Part shown: piece after piece, positions 9,189 to 21,200 of the stretch
Layout of the letters: each line of letters begins with the position of its first letter
Position numbering within the stretch: position 1 is the stretch's first letter
NCBI RefSeq assembly: GCF_902652985.1
Contig: NC_047023.1
Coordinates: forward strand, 23,808,001 to 23,872,000
DNA: 64,000 nt
Direction: 5' to 3'
Source of the DNA: Pecten maximus
Taxonomy: Eukaryota
Translations under genes and position numbers: made by a program
The notes under the pieces: generated by a model
Seen by the model: only the letters and a program-made list of their open reading frames with translations
The model's database searches: none
Told to the model about the DNA's origin: nothing

Positions 9189-12100
9189 ATGCCGAAGAAA
9201 TTCAAAGGAGAAAATTCCAAGGCTGTTGAAGCAAAAGCAAGGAAAGCAGCTGTCCAGCATGCCGAGAAAGAGAAAAGAGAACAAGCTCTGGAAGATGCAT
9301 ATTGGAAAGACGATGATAAACATAACGCAAAAAAAACGCAACGGAAGGTTAGAAATAAATTTAGACCCATAGCAAGAATCTTTCTCCTGGCTTGATCTGA
9401 GGTTGTATTAGCTCTTAACATAAAAAGGACATTTTTTGCTGTCTGATCCGAGACTTGCAGAAGATTAAACATTTAAGTTTTTTTTCTGATGGTGAAATTT
9501 TTTTCTGTCGTAGACCTTACTCCATAAGCTGTAGAATATCCTTTGTATGCACCATTTCCCCAGAATGAAACAATGAGGTGCATTGAACCCTCGGTCCAAC
9601 ATTAAATTTTGAGTCTGATGTGGAACAAAAATGGCCAACAGGCAGCCATCTTTGATTTTGATAGTTGAAGTTTGTTAATTCCAGGGTTTGCATTGAAGCC
9701 ATCCCAATAGCCTTTTAAGCATAGAAAATTAAAAAGACCCCATTTTTTCTGGAAGATGATTCAAATTATTCACAAGGACCCCATTTTATCTGAAAAGGAC
9801 CCTATTTATGAAATATGCAGCGCAAACCCTGATTACTATATATCTTGAGAAGAACAGGAAGGGTATTCCTCAAACTTAATATGTTGGTTCCCCTTAATCC
9901 ATATTTGTGCCCATTCAATTTTGTGTCTGATCAGAAAAATTAAATTGGCAACAGGCAGCTTTCATGGATTTTGACATTTGAAATTAGTTATTACCTTGTC
10001 ATGACAAGGACTGAAACAATGTTTCTGAAACTTGATATGTTGGTTCGCCTGTCTATATATAGTTGTGCCCTTTTAATTTTTAGCTTGATCATAATCAGGA
10101 AAACAAGAACGCCAACAGACAGTCTGGATCTTTGATTTTGACATTTGAAGTTTCTTGTGGCTATTTCCTGGACACCTTTTTATGACTTTCTTAAGTTTCA
10201 TATATATAGGTTCTCCATAAGTCTCAGGTTTTAATTTTGACACTGATTGTAAAAATAAAATTGACAACAGGTGGCCATTCTTGATTTTGATGGTTGAAAT
10301 TTAGTATTGCTGTTTCTTGAAAAGCTGACTGGCAGGATATTTCTGAAACTTCATACTGGTATATATAAATGTTCATGGACTTAATTTATGCCTGTACAAT
10401 TTCAAGACTGATTGGAAAAAAACTTCTTGTTATGTGAATACTACATGTAAGTGTTGATGGAAGAGTAAAGAGGAGAAAAGTACATGTACAGAAAAGTTCA
10501 ACCTTACACTTACATAGAACCAATAATATACAGTGGTGGGCCAAAAAGATCTCTGGTTTTTAGCCTCTTCATGCTTATGATATATACAATGTAGTTGTGT
10601 TTCCGTGAATGGCACAAATTTCGATTTTATTATTTTGCCAAAGTTATTGCCCTTATGTTTATCATGCTTTGATATGAACTTGTACATTCTCAGTGGCATT
10701 TTGACTAGACAGTCTTGTATTTCAGTATTTATATTCTGTTGATACAATGAATATATAATGCATTATTTTTTGGCATGAGATATGCATAAATCATTATAAT
10801 TGTTCCACACTGGCAGACACCACAGCATTTGGGAGGCATGAATAAATCATCTTATTTAATTAGTACTCACTGGTATTTTGTGCAAATTTATATCCTGATG
10901 ATCAACAGAAATATAATCATTGTTTAGCAAATTTCTATAAATACTAAGTGCTTAATTTGATCTTCACTCCATGAAATAGATCAATCAGATGATAAGGTAT
11001 TCACAGTGGATGAATAAATAGCAACATGTAATTACAACAAATAAAATGTGTGAGACATTTGGGAGTAAAATATTATACTATGATGTTATATTCAGGATGA
11101 CAAAGAAAAGAAAAGACTGGAGCAGCTGGATAGGAAAAAAGAATTACAAAGACTTCACGATGAAGAAATGAATAGCATCAAGTCAAAGGCTTCCACAGGA
11201 GGGAGTTCAAAGGTCACTCAGTCTCAGATACAGAACCAGATTGCAATGGAAAAGAGATTGGCACAAGGTAAGTTTGAAGTGTGGAAGTTTTGGTTTGTAA
11301 AGTTGAAAAGAAAGTACAGATAAAATATAGTTACTGTTAGTATTTATATAGACAATAATTAATTTATTTACAATTAATAACATATACATGTACATAGATA
11401 TTGTGTATAACTTACATGGCATGGTAGGCCTATAGTCAGAGCTATAGCCAAGTTGTTGACGTTCTGGTTTTTCTCATTGTTGGTTTCTTAAGATCACTAT
11501 ACACAAGTTACATGTATTATTGCTTAAAATCAGAGGAAATAATTTTTCTCCTGCCCCAAAAATTACAGTAACTCAGGTGGAGTTGAGAATGGTTAGAGAT
11601 GTTGTTTTTTAGTTCACCTGTCCTGCCCAGCCCATGGACTTCTTGTTTTCTTTCTTCATGACATGCTCATGCAATGTTCAAAATCAGCTGTCCATCTTTG
11701 GAATTAAAAATTAAGGCTACAAAGTTCCTTTACATTAACATTTTCCAAATATTACACCACTTATAGACAAGAGTCAATATGTGACTGGAGGTCTTCACAG
11801 TCCTACTGGTTAATTACTGAATTTACCACCATCTGTATAAGAGAAGGATTTGGAAACTTTTTACAACAGAAAAAATCATTTATGGAAATAAGAAAAAGTA
11901 CACCCTGACATGATATTACTGTTTCTGAACATTGAAAACCATTCACATGTGGTAATGTCTTCTCATCTAATTATACTCCATGCATGGGGTATCAGCTCTA
12001 CTATGAAGGCATATTTTGTGACACTTATATTATAATTAGTGACACTACTGGTATTTGCTAATATGAAAAGTGGACTTGTGAACATTTTGAATTGATAGAA

Positions 12101-12750
12101 AAGTCATAGTACACTTTCCTAGGACTATTTGTTCTGGTCAGATTATCCTAAGAATATTATTACCATTATATCTCATACAAATGTATTTTACAAATGATGT
12201 TTTAATTCATGTTTATAAACTCATTAAATAAGCGACGGCAACTAAAGGTAATGCTTTGCCAGATGAGGTGCCGATTGAGGAAAATGTCAACCGACTGCTC
12301 CCAACAGAAGGAGAAGCTCGTAGTGTAGAAGATGCTCTTTCAGTACTCAGGTAAGTAAAGCTCGCAGTGTAGAAGATACTCTTTCTGTACTCAGGTAAGT
12401 ATCAAACCAGTAAGATAAAGACTTGGTAAAACCTAAATTGACTGGACTAAGCTGACATGTACGATGATGTAACAATAATGTGTGTGTGAGAAAATAATCA
12501 AAACTTTGTCTATCATGGGCCTGGTCATGAAACAGACCCAAGTAAGATTTTATTAACGTCACCCTAGGGTTTAGTTGGGGATTTCCCCTTCACAACATTT
12601 GAATGAGGTTGACATTGACATTTTGATCATGCCACATCAACATTGCCTGGCATGATGTGATGATGTCAATATTAGATAGACAATGAGACGATCATGGCAA
12701 CATAAAAGTAATCATTCATCACCTTTTGAATGAGATGGGAATCTCAACCA

Positions 12751-12781
<31 letters not shown>

Positions 12782-13280
12782 GGAGGAGGAGGGGGGATAT
12801 TCATTGGTGACAAGCATGAAGCTTCTGAGGTATTGTCAGCTTGAGAACTTTAAGGATTGAGATCCCCTTGTTTGATCACCCTCAAGGGGACGAAAGATTC
12901 TATTATTCTTTCTTGACTGTATTAAGTTTATGTATACATTCCTAAAACTTGACTACAGTGTATATGTCTGTGAAAACGTAATTATAAGTTCTTTTTTATC
13001 GATTCATTACTTCAGTTGATTAGACTAGTATATGTTAATGTACAGATTGAGAACTTACCAAAAACTGCTTTAAACATTTTGCAGTGTGAAAGAACCAGAA
13101 ATAGACATGCATCCGGAGAAGAGAGTCAAAGCTGCCTACCAAAAATATGAGGATGAACGTTTACCACAATTGAAAAAGGAGAACCCAAACCTAAGACTTT
13201 CACAGTTAAAACAAATGCTACGAAAAGATTGGATGAAGTCACCAGAAAACCCTTTGAATCAAAGGCTCATGCAATCATAG
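9189..13280 (+). CDS. CCDC124: Coiled-coil domain-containing protein 124 (Lso2/Oxs1 homologue, ribosome hibernation factor), 214 aa. Exons 9189-9347, 11096-11267, 12233-12350, 13085-13280
   Basis: MPKKFKGENSKAVEAKARK N-terminus, EENVNR and EARSVEDALSVLS motifs, and HPEKRVKAAYQKYEDERLPQLKKENPNLRLSQLKQMLRKDWMKSPENPLNQ C-terminus. GT-AG introns with phases 0/1/2, total 645 nt. Confidence 0.96.
9470..10420. mobile_element. Degraded repeat cluster (HINE-type internal repeats) in a CCDC124 intron
   Basis: Repeated aaatggc..acaggcagccatct..gattttga units (~9630, 9943, 10262). Related units occur at ~16420-16760 and ~18420-18960. Confidence 0.5.
12314..12401 (+). repeat. 44-bp tandem duplication of the CCDC124 exon-3 end including its splice donor
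   Basis: aagctcgtagtgtagaagatgctctttcagtactcaggtaagta (12314-12357) is repeated at 12358-12401 with 3 substitutions. Confidence 0.9.
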
Positions 13281-13548
13281 TCTGGATTAAATGATATATG
13301 GGACTTGGTTTGCTGATACCATGCGCATTGTCAATATTGAGCTTGAGCTGTAACATCTAAGTTGGAACAGGTAGAGCAGCATCTCAGCATCTGATAGCAG
13401 AACACTTACAGTCTAAATATTGGATTGTGATTAAATAGTTGCAGTGAAAATGCACAGTGTTCAGTGTAACAGAAACTGGTCAAAAAGACACCTATTGTTA
13501 CTAATTTATCTGGCAGTAATCATAAGCTCACCCCTATCAATGTATTGT

Positions 13549-14063
13549 TAACTCGTCTGGTCCAAGGGAGGACCAAAGTGATGCTTATGCCATACCATGG
13601 TGTCCATCGTCCATAAATATATCAACAGTTTCTTTAAATTAACTAAATTTGACTGAAAGTATCCCCAGGTAGTGGGAATTCCAGTCCAAATTGTACAAAT
13701 GGTTTGGCTGACACCCCTGTATTGCTATAGTGGCTTATTCTATTAATGACCCCCCCCCCCCCCCCCCCCCCCCTCCCCTCTGTGATAAGGGTTAGGACCC
13801 TAAAATAAGATTTTGTCTTAATTTAAGGCCAAGTATTGGAATCAAGTCAAAGGTCAAGGTGATTAGGCCAAAAGGACAAGGTCAAATTTAGCATCTTTTC
13901 ACAGTGATGAAAATTTTGTTGGTAGGAATTAAATAAGAAGTCAACTCGCCAAAGATCCAGGTCATTAGTCAAAAGTCAAGGTCATTTGGGCCAATGGGAA
14001 GTGTTCTGCCACAATCATTGTAATAGGCAGGTGAGTGATACAGGCCCTGTGGGCCTCTTGTTG
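13549..14063 (+). mobile_element. Helentron/HINE-type element downstream of the CCDC124 stop codon
   Basis: 3' end gcaggtgagtgatacaggccctgtgggcctcttgtt is near-identical to the 3' end of the 17172-18265 element. Internal aaggtca repeats and a poly-C tract. Confidence 0.7.
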
Positions 14064-15555
14064 CTAATTTATCTGGCAGTAAACGCACCCCTTTCTAATG
14101 CAGTTCAGGATACATGCCAAAAAAGCACATAAAATGTACCCCTATACAGAATTTACTTCAGTGATTATGTTTTCGGTTTATAGCAGGACAAATATGGATA
14201 TGAAGCAATTTTATTTTTGATTTGGTTACATACCCAAAGTTTACCAAGATAACCTAATGTAGGCACTACCTAAATTGTGTAGGTCGGTATGTTCTTCTAT
14301 TTTTAGTAATAGATCATGATCATATTATTGTCTTATTCAGGAAGACTGCATTTAATTTTGTGATAACACATACTATATAAAGACTGTTTACTTTTGTTTG
14401 TAATACAACATGAAATGTTTCCATTTTTTGCCATATCTCTGATGTTTTCCAATTAAAGTGCTAGATCTGTTATATGACAATAATTATATTTATGTATTTT
14501 ATGGAATAGTTTTGATATATTTAATGATATCAAGCAATCATCATTAATTTTGGTTGTTTATTATACTTATTTATACATTGTATATCCAATTTGTAAATTG
14601 GTTCTAACCATGTTGAGTGTGAGATTTACGATGAGATGGATGTTAACACTGTACACCTGCTGCAAGTGATATACCAGAATGGACCAATTTGGTCAACATT
14701 GAGAGATTGTCTTTACTAAAGAAGAACATATGATGTGAATAAGGAAGTCAATTTCCCTTGTGTTTGTTTACTTCAAGTAATGATTTGAAATAGTTAGATA
14801 TGGATATTTATTATAATAAAGTCAGACAAGTGGGGGACTTGCTATGGTAAGTCAGTATTTTTATTTTTTGCCTTCTGCTTTGCGTATGAACTTGTCATGG
14901 ATTTTTCTCTGTAACAACTCAAATGATATTTAAATTCTTATTGGTATAAAAATATATAGCATTATCTGAAAAGTGGCTGCCATACATTCCCTGTGTTCTG
15001 CTTGACCTCCAGTCATCGTCCTTGGTACTCCAGGTGTTACATCACTTTCGATCTCTGCATCACATGTGTATACATATACAGGTATGCATGTCATGAAAAA
15101 ATTGATGTCTCAGTCACAGTCATCTTAAGGATGAAACAAAAATCGCTGTACCTTTAAATTGCCTGGCTTTGAACTTGGTTGTCACTCCTCTGTCATCTTC
15201 AAAAGAAATGCTTCAAGTTTAGCGATGGGCCATTTTTTTTCCTGACACCAATCAAATAGCTTGTTGTGTGCCTTTAGTTTTGCCATGACATAGTTTTGTC
15301 ATGACATATTTCATTGGTACAGAAAGTGAAAGTGTACATACCCCTGAAGTATCAAGTACACAATGTTCCAAGATAGACACCATCACACCTGCATATTTAT
15401 GTATGTATATGATAAAATTAAAAGTTTTTCTTTTCTTGATATATATGTACATGTACAAACATGTCAATATAAAACAGTCTTCCTTTGTTATTTTTGGTCC
15501 TATGTTTATATATATATATATATATATAGATATATACAATATGTAAGTATAACTG

Positions 15556-15779
15556 AAGACACACCTGTTAGTAAAGCATACACGCTTTCATCATAAAATC
15601 TTCAGCTGCTTTTTATCTTAGTAGGCATCTCGTTCAGTCAGAAAAATATTGATGACGACATACATTTAGTGTGTTAGTGTGTTGGCAGCCACATATGGTT
15701 ACAGAGATGTCTACTAAGATGTAAAGCATCTGAAGATTTTAAGATGAAAGTGCTTATGCTTTACTAACAAGTGTTTCTT
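15556..15779. repeat. Fold-back inverted repeat (~75-bp arms), probable MITE
   Basis: aagacacacctgttagtaaagcata...cttagtaggcatctc pairs with gagatgtctactaag...tatgctttactaacaagtgtttctt. Confidence 0.75.
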
Positions 15780-16767
15780 AAGTATTCTTTTTTAGATATA
15801 CTTACCAGACACTGAGAACCAGAAAATGTGCACGGATGAGAGTTACATATAACTCAAAAGAATTCTTTCATCTGTTTCGGAAGGCATCACATGGCAGTTA
15901 TATATGATCATAATACACATTTTTTTGGTCACTGAAACATAATCTGCACTCCATACCATGCAGTCTTTTGGAACAAAATAGGAATATTGACCTTTTGACA
16001 AATTCTGCACCAGTATTGGTCATGGAAAACAGGAATGTTTATGGTCAAGTGGAAGTTACTCCAATCCGAATATTTGTTTAGTCAAGATAATCATACCAAC
16101 ATCTTTTTTTTTTGTATTAGAAAAAGGGAGTGATTTTGAGTGATATCTTTTTAAGTATAGACACAATGCATCACACTCATTTTAAAAAATACTTTTTTGA
16201 TGCAAGGAATGCATGGCTCATAAGTTAAGATTGTTTTGGATCAAATATATTTTGCTACTATTTAAGTTCTGCTTGTAAATAGTTGTGCAAACATATACAA
16301 TTTTGAGACTGATAAGAAAATTAAAATGGCTTACATGTTTTATTTTGACTGTTTATATTTCTCAGAACGCAGGTCTATGATCCTTCTTATACTTAAATTT
16401 AAGACTGATCATTGAAACAAAATAGCTGCCAGACAGCCATGTTGGATTTTTAAAGTTAAATATTGTTATAGCCAGGTCATTCCTTCGAAAGCTTTTCATT
16501 GATCTTTCTCAAATTTCATATTCTAAGATAGCTTGAATGAAGTTGTTCATGATCAATTCTTTGGACTGATGAAAGAAACAAAAACGCTGACAGTCAGCCA
16601 GCTTGGATTTCACGATTGAAGTTGGTTATTATTTCACAGAAAGTACCATTGGGATCTTTCTCAAATTAAAATTTTCCTACCCTCTAAGGCCTGTTGTTGT
16701 CGTGTTTAATATTGATATGTATGTTCAATTTTGAGAAATAGAAACAAATGGCCTACAAGCAGCTAAT

Positions 16768-17052
16768 GCTGTGATAGCTCAGTCAATTAGAGCGCCGGGT
16801 GAGAGATCATCAGGTGAAGATCCTTGGTGAGTGGTTTGATGCTAACTACCCTTTTCTTACGGAGCTGAGAAACGGGCAGGTCTATGCTGTCATGGTTGTG
16901 TCCTTGGTCAAGATTATGTTCCCTTATTGATCTGGTTGGCTTGTGACAGGCCTCCTGTATGTTGTTCAGTGAGGTAGTCACCAACTACTACAATGAAACC
17001 CGGCCTCAAAATGACACTGGCTGTGCACGATAAACCCAGTAAATAAGCAAAC
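16768..17052 (+). mobile_element. Degenerate tRNA-derived SINE (CORE-like central domain)
   Basis: A-box-like gatagctcagtcaattagagcg, degenerate B box, central gttgtgtccttggtcaaga and an A-rich tail similar to that of the 42747 SINE. Confidence 0.5.
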
Positions 17053-17171
17053 ATACTAATTGTAAATATGTATGCCGACAGAGCACTGACTGAGATGAAA
17101 CCTAGAGTCATGTATTCAGTAAGGCAGTAACCAACTAAAGTTTATCATCACTTTTTCCCATATTGTTCTCA

Positions 17172-18265
17172 TTTTTAGCTCACCTGCCTGAAGGGCAAGC
17201 GACCTTATGCCGTGGTGCGTCGTCCGCCGTCCGTCCATCCGGAGTCAACCTTTTCATTTAAACAACTTCTTCTCAATAACAAGGAGGTCCAGGGACTTGA
17301 TATTTGGCCTGTAACATCCTGGGGTAAAGGGCTACCAAGTTTGTTCAAATAAATGACCTTGACATTCATTCAAGATCACATGGGTCAAATATGCTATTAT
17401 CTTTCAAATGACTTCTGCTCAATAACCAAAAGGCAGAGGGACTTGATATTGGGCCTTTAGCATTCTGGGGTGAAGCGCTACCAAGTTTTTCAAATAAATG
17501 ACCTTGACCTTTATTCAAGGTCAAATAGGTTATAATCTGCAAACAACTTCTTCTCAGTAACCAAGAGGCCCAGAGACTTGATATTAGGTCTGTAGCATCC
17601 TTGCGTGATGGGCTACTAAGTTTGTTCGAATGAATGACCTTGAACGTCACTCAAAGTCACATGGGTCAAATGGGCTAAAGTATGTAAACGACTTCTCCTC
17701 AATAATAAAAAAGTCCAGAGACTTGATATTAGGCCTGTAGCATCCTGGGGTAAAGGAATACCAAGTTTGTTCAAATAAATGACCTTGACTTTCATTCAAG
17801 GTCACATTGGTCAAATAGGCTAAAATCTTTAAACGGTTCTCAATAATTAAAAGGCCTAGGGTCTTGATATTAGTTCTGTAGCATCCTTGGGTGAAGGACT
17901 ACCAAGTTTGTTCAAATGAATGGCATTGACCTTCATTCAAGGTCACAAAGGTCTAATAGGCTATACTCTTCAAACGACTTCTCAATAACCAAGAGGCCCA
18001 GAGACTTGATATTGGGCTTGTAGAATGCTGGAGTGAAAGGCTACCAAGTTTGTTCAAATGAATGACCTTGACCTTCATTCAAGGTCACAAGGTGAAATAG
18101 GCTTAAATCTTTAAACAATGATTATGCGATAGCCAAGTGTCACCAAAACTTGATATTAGGCCAATGGTATGCTGGAATAGTATAGTATCTGTAGAAATGA
18201 CCTCGATCAACTTCAAATTTGCTGTAGAGCCAGGTGAGCGATACAGGCCCATTGGGCCTCTTGTT
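17172..18265 (+). mobile_element. Complete non-autonomous Helentron/HINE element with about 7 internal 135-146-bp repeats
   Basis: 5' tttttagctcacctg, then a (GTCC)-like microsatellite, tandem units containing gacttgatatt and aatgaccttga, and a 3' end of caggtgagcg + hairpin aggcccattgggcct + cttgtt. Confidence 0.9.
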
Positions 18266-21200
18266 CATTGTAGTTGGTTGTTGAATAAGACAAACGGACA
18301 CTGACAATGACTAAGATAGTTATGATTTAATTCAAATCAAGATCCACCATGAGTGGGAACCCAACAAGTCGATTGCCTTGTTCCCCAGACCTGGTAAAGT
18401 CGACTTGTGTTTCACAAGAAAACCAAAATGCCAACCTGTTGGCCATCTTGGACTTTGCCAATTGAAGATATGTTGTACCGAAAGGATCCCATGCAAAGCG
18501 TAACTCCTGGAAGTTTCTAGAATATTCTAGAAAGGCTGAATGTAATTCCAAAGCAAGGAAGTACATCTTCTGTGATGGTTGGCATTTTGGTGACCTTGAC
18601 ATTACTCTTGTGATGTCAAACAATTCCTTGTCAAACCTTTTTCTCATATACATTTTTATAAAGGGAATTACTGATATATCAGAAAATGCCAGAATACTTA
18701 TATGTCCATGTGCCCTTGTGAGGTGTATGTTCTCGTTTATCCCTAGTTGTGCCCATTCTATTTTGAACCTGACCGAAAAAACAAAATGGTCGGCAAGCAG
18801 ACGTCTAGGATTCTGTGAAGTGAAGTTTGATACCGCTATTCTTGAGAAACACTGGGTCAAGGGAGGAATTTTTTTAAACTTGATATGTTCCCTTTGATTT
18901 TGTATTGTGTTGTCACTGATCTGAAAACAAAATGGCTGTTAAGCAACCACTTTGGATGTTAGCTAAAGTTCGTTACCCATATTCATCAAAAGGATCTTGA
19001 GGTTTTATACAACGCATAATCAGTTGTTTCACTTACACCATTAGCCGAGACTCCATTCCCTCAATCGCTCATTTGATCCTCAAATAATGTGAAACTTCTA
19101 TCAAATAAAAGTTTGAAAACATAATGTTATTGGTTAGGTTTAATAGCATATAAGAGCACACAATAACTTGAAAGACAGTAACCCTGAGAAAAGGCTTCAT
19201 ATAAGTTGCATATTCATGATAAATAAAATGTTTTAATCAGTAACCCTGATATTTACAGTGGACTGATGAACCCCAACCAAGGGAATACACGTTTTTTTTT
19301 TTACATCTGGGGGAGATAAAAGACCACTTAATGGTGGACGCCAAGATCCCTTCTTGGCTCACATAGACGTTTTTGTGGTATTTTTGGGAAAATATATGAA
19401 TTTAAGTCAATTTGAGAGTGCTTAAATCACTGTACTGACAACATGAATCAGTCTAGACACACATATCACGTAATTCCAGTCAATATATACACTGTAAGAG
19501 AAAGTTATTGGCTGAGCCGTTTTAGAGGTTTCTAAAAACGTTGATCTGTAGTCATTGATGGACCAGACCGAGTTATGTCTGTCAATCCACTCGATGGTAG
19601 TGATATTGTTGACGAAGTGGTCATTCTCTGTTTTCGAAACATGCGTATAACTCTTGCATTCAAGATAAAACCCAGAAAAAGGAAGAAGCCCTGAAGTCCA
19701 TTGAGGCAAATATTCATGTAAAGAATGGGTTTGATGTTGATGACTGCACTAAGGAAGCCAAAGATCCACGTGCCTCCCAACAATATTGATATCTTCGTGT
19801 ATATTATACAGTAATTTCTTTCTTGCTTTTTGCTTCTCACGGTTTTTGCACTTAGTTTTGTTCCATGAAGACCATGTAGAGATATACCAAAACAAATCAT
19901 ATTAAAGATCAGACACAAGGCAATTGGTATACCAAATACAAATAACGATACCATCGGGTTTTCGATCCAGCAATAGCCGCCACTACCAGTTCCGTAACCA
20001 ACGGTGTCGCGAGTACTGCTGATGCTGTCGACAACGACACAGCTGACAACCAGTATCAATGGTAAGCCATGTGCCACAATAAATGTCTTTCTGAAATGAA
20101 ATGTAGAAGTTTTATAAGTCATCATAGTTTTTGCGCCAAATTTACTGGCCAAGTCAAATGCCATTACACTGGTCCACATGAAAGAACACAGCCAGAAGTA
20201 ATGCTGGGATATCGCTATAATCACACATAATGTTCCTGCAATGTACGAGGCAAGTAGAAACAGGATCTGTGCTGTAAGAAGGGAAGTTGAAAATGCCATT
20301 AAATTTTTTCCGTGCAATGTCCGTAGGGATGAAAACACGCAGTGCATCAAAATCAGAGCCAACAAGCATATGATTGAAACTGCTATCATCACAACTGTTA
20401 GAATTTGCATTGCTCCATCGACTTTCAATGGGATTACTACGTTAGTAAGGTTGTCACAGACATACAGAACGTCACTGTTTAAATCAAAATTAGTGACAAT
20501 CTATTCGATGTTGTTGATGTACGCCTTGTTATCATTGATTTCGTACTCGTTTGCTGTGGAAGACAATAGTGTACAGTCGATGGATACTCCTTCCTTACAC
20601 AATCCCAGAAACGTTATGATTGGCTGTTTACTGGTCCTGTCAATCCTAAGGTGAAACCGGGTGCTATATAGGCTAATAGTGATGTTTGAGTTTTGAGGTC
20701 TGATATACAAGTTATTGTCCTCAATGAAAGCCACCTCTGGTGCAGTGTACTGCGTGATGTGCGTGTTGTTGCATGTCAATGTCTTATTTTCGGTATTGGT
20801 TAATTCGGCTGACACATGATCGAATTGTCGTACTGTGCCTAGCGTTTCAGTCACTACAGCCTCAAGGTCATCTTGAGTACTAGTGTTGACGATCATATGG
20901 TATATAACCATATCATCAGTGAGAGATTTATCACTGAAGGTTGGACTTGTCAGTTGAAAATCTGTAATCATTATAACGCCTGATCTGAGCAAACCCAGAC
21001 TGAGTAGTCGTAAAATATTTTGAATGGAAGATGTCGACATAACCCCATCATCAATAGCGATGTTGATAGAAACATTGTATCCTCTCATTCCATTGTGATC
21101 AAAGGGAATGTTATTGGTAGCATTGTAAAGTGCGAATTTGTCATCAATGCAATGTCCGTAACTTGGCACGTGGTTTTTAGGACAGAGAAGAGAGTGGCAT

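Noticed and set aside
18327-18860. 177-aa ORF and its twin at 21784-22317
   Set aside because: Non-ATG start, overlaps degraded repeat units, no recognisable domain. It occurs twice only because of the recent duplication.
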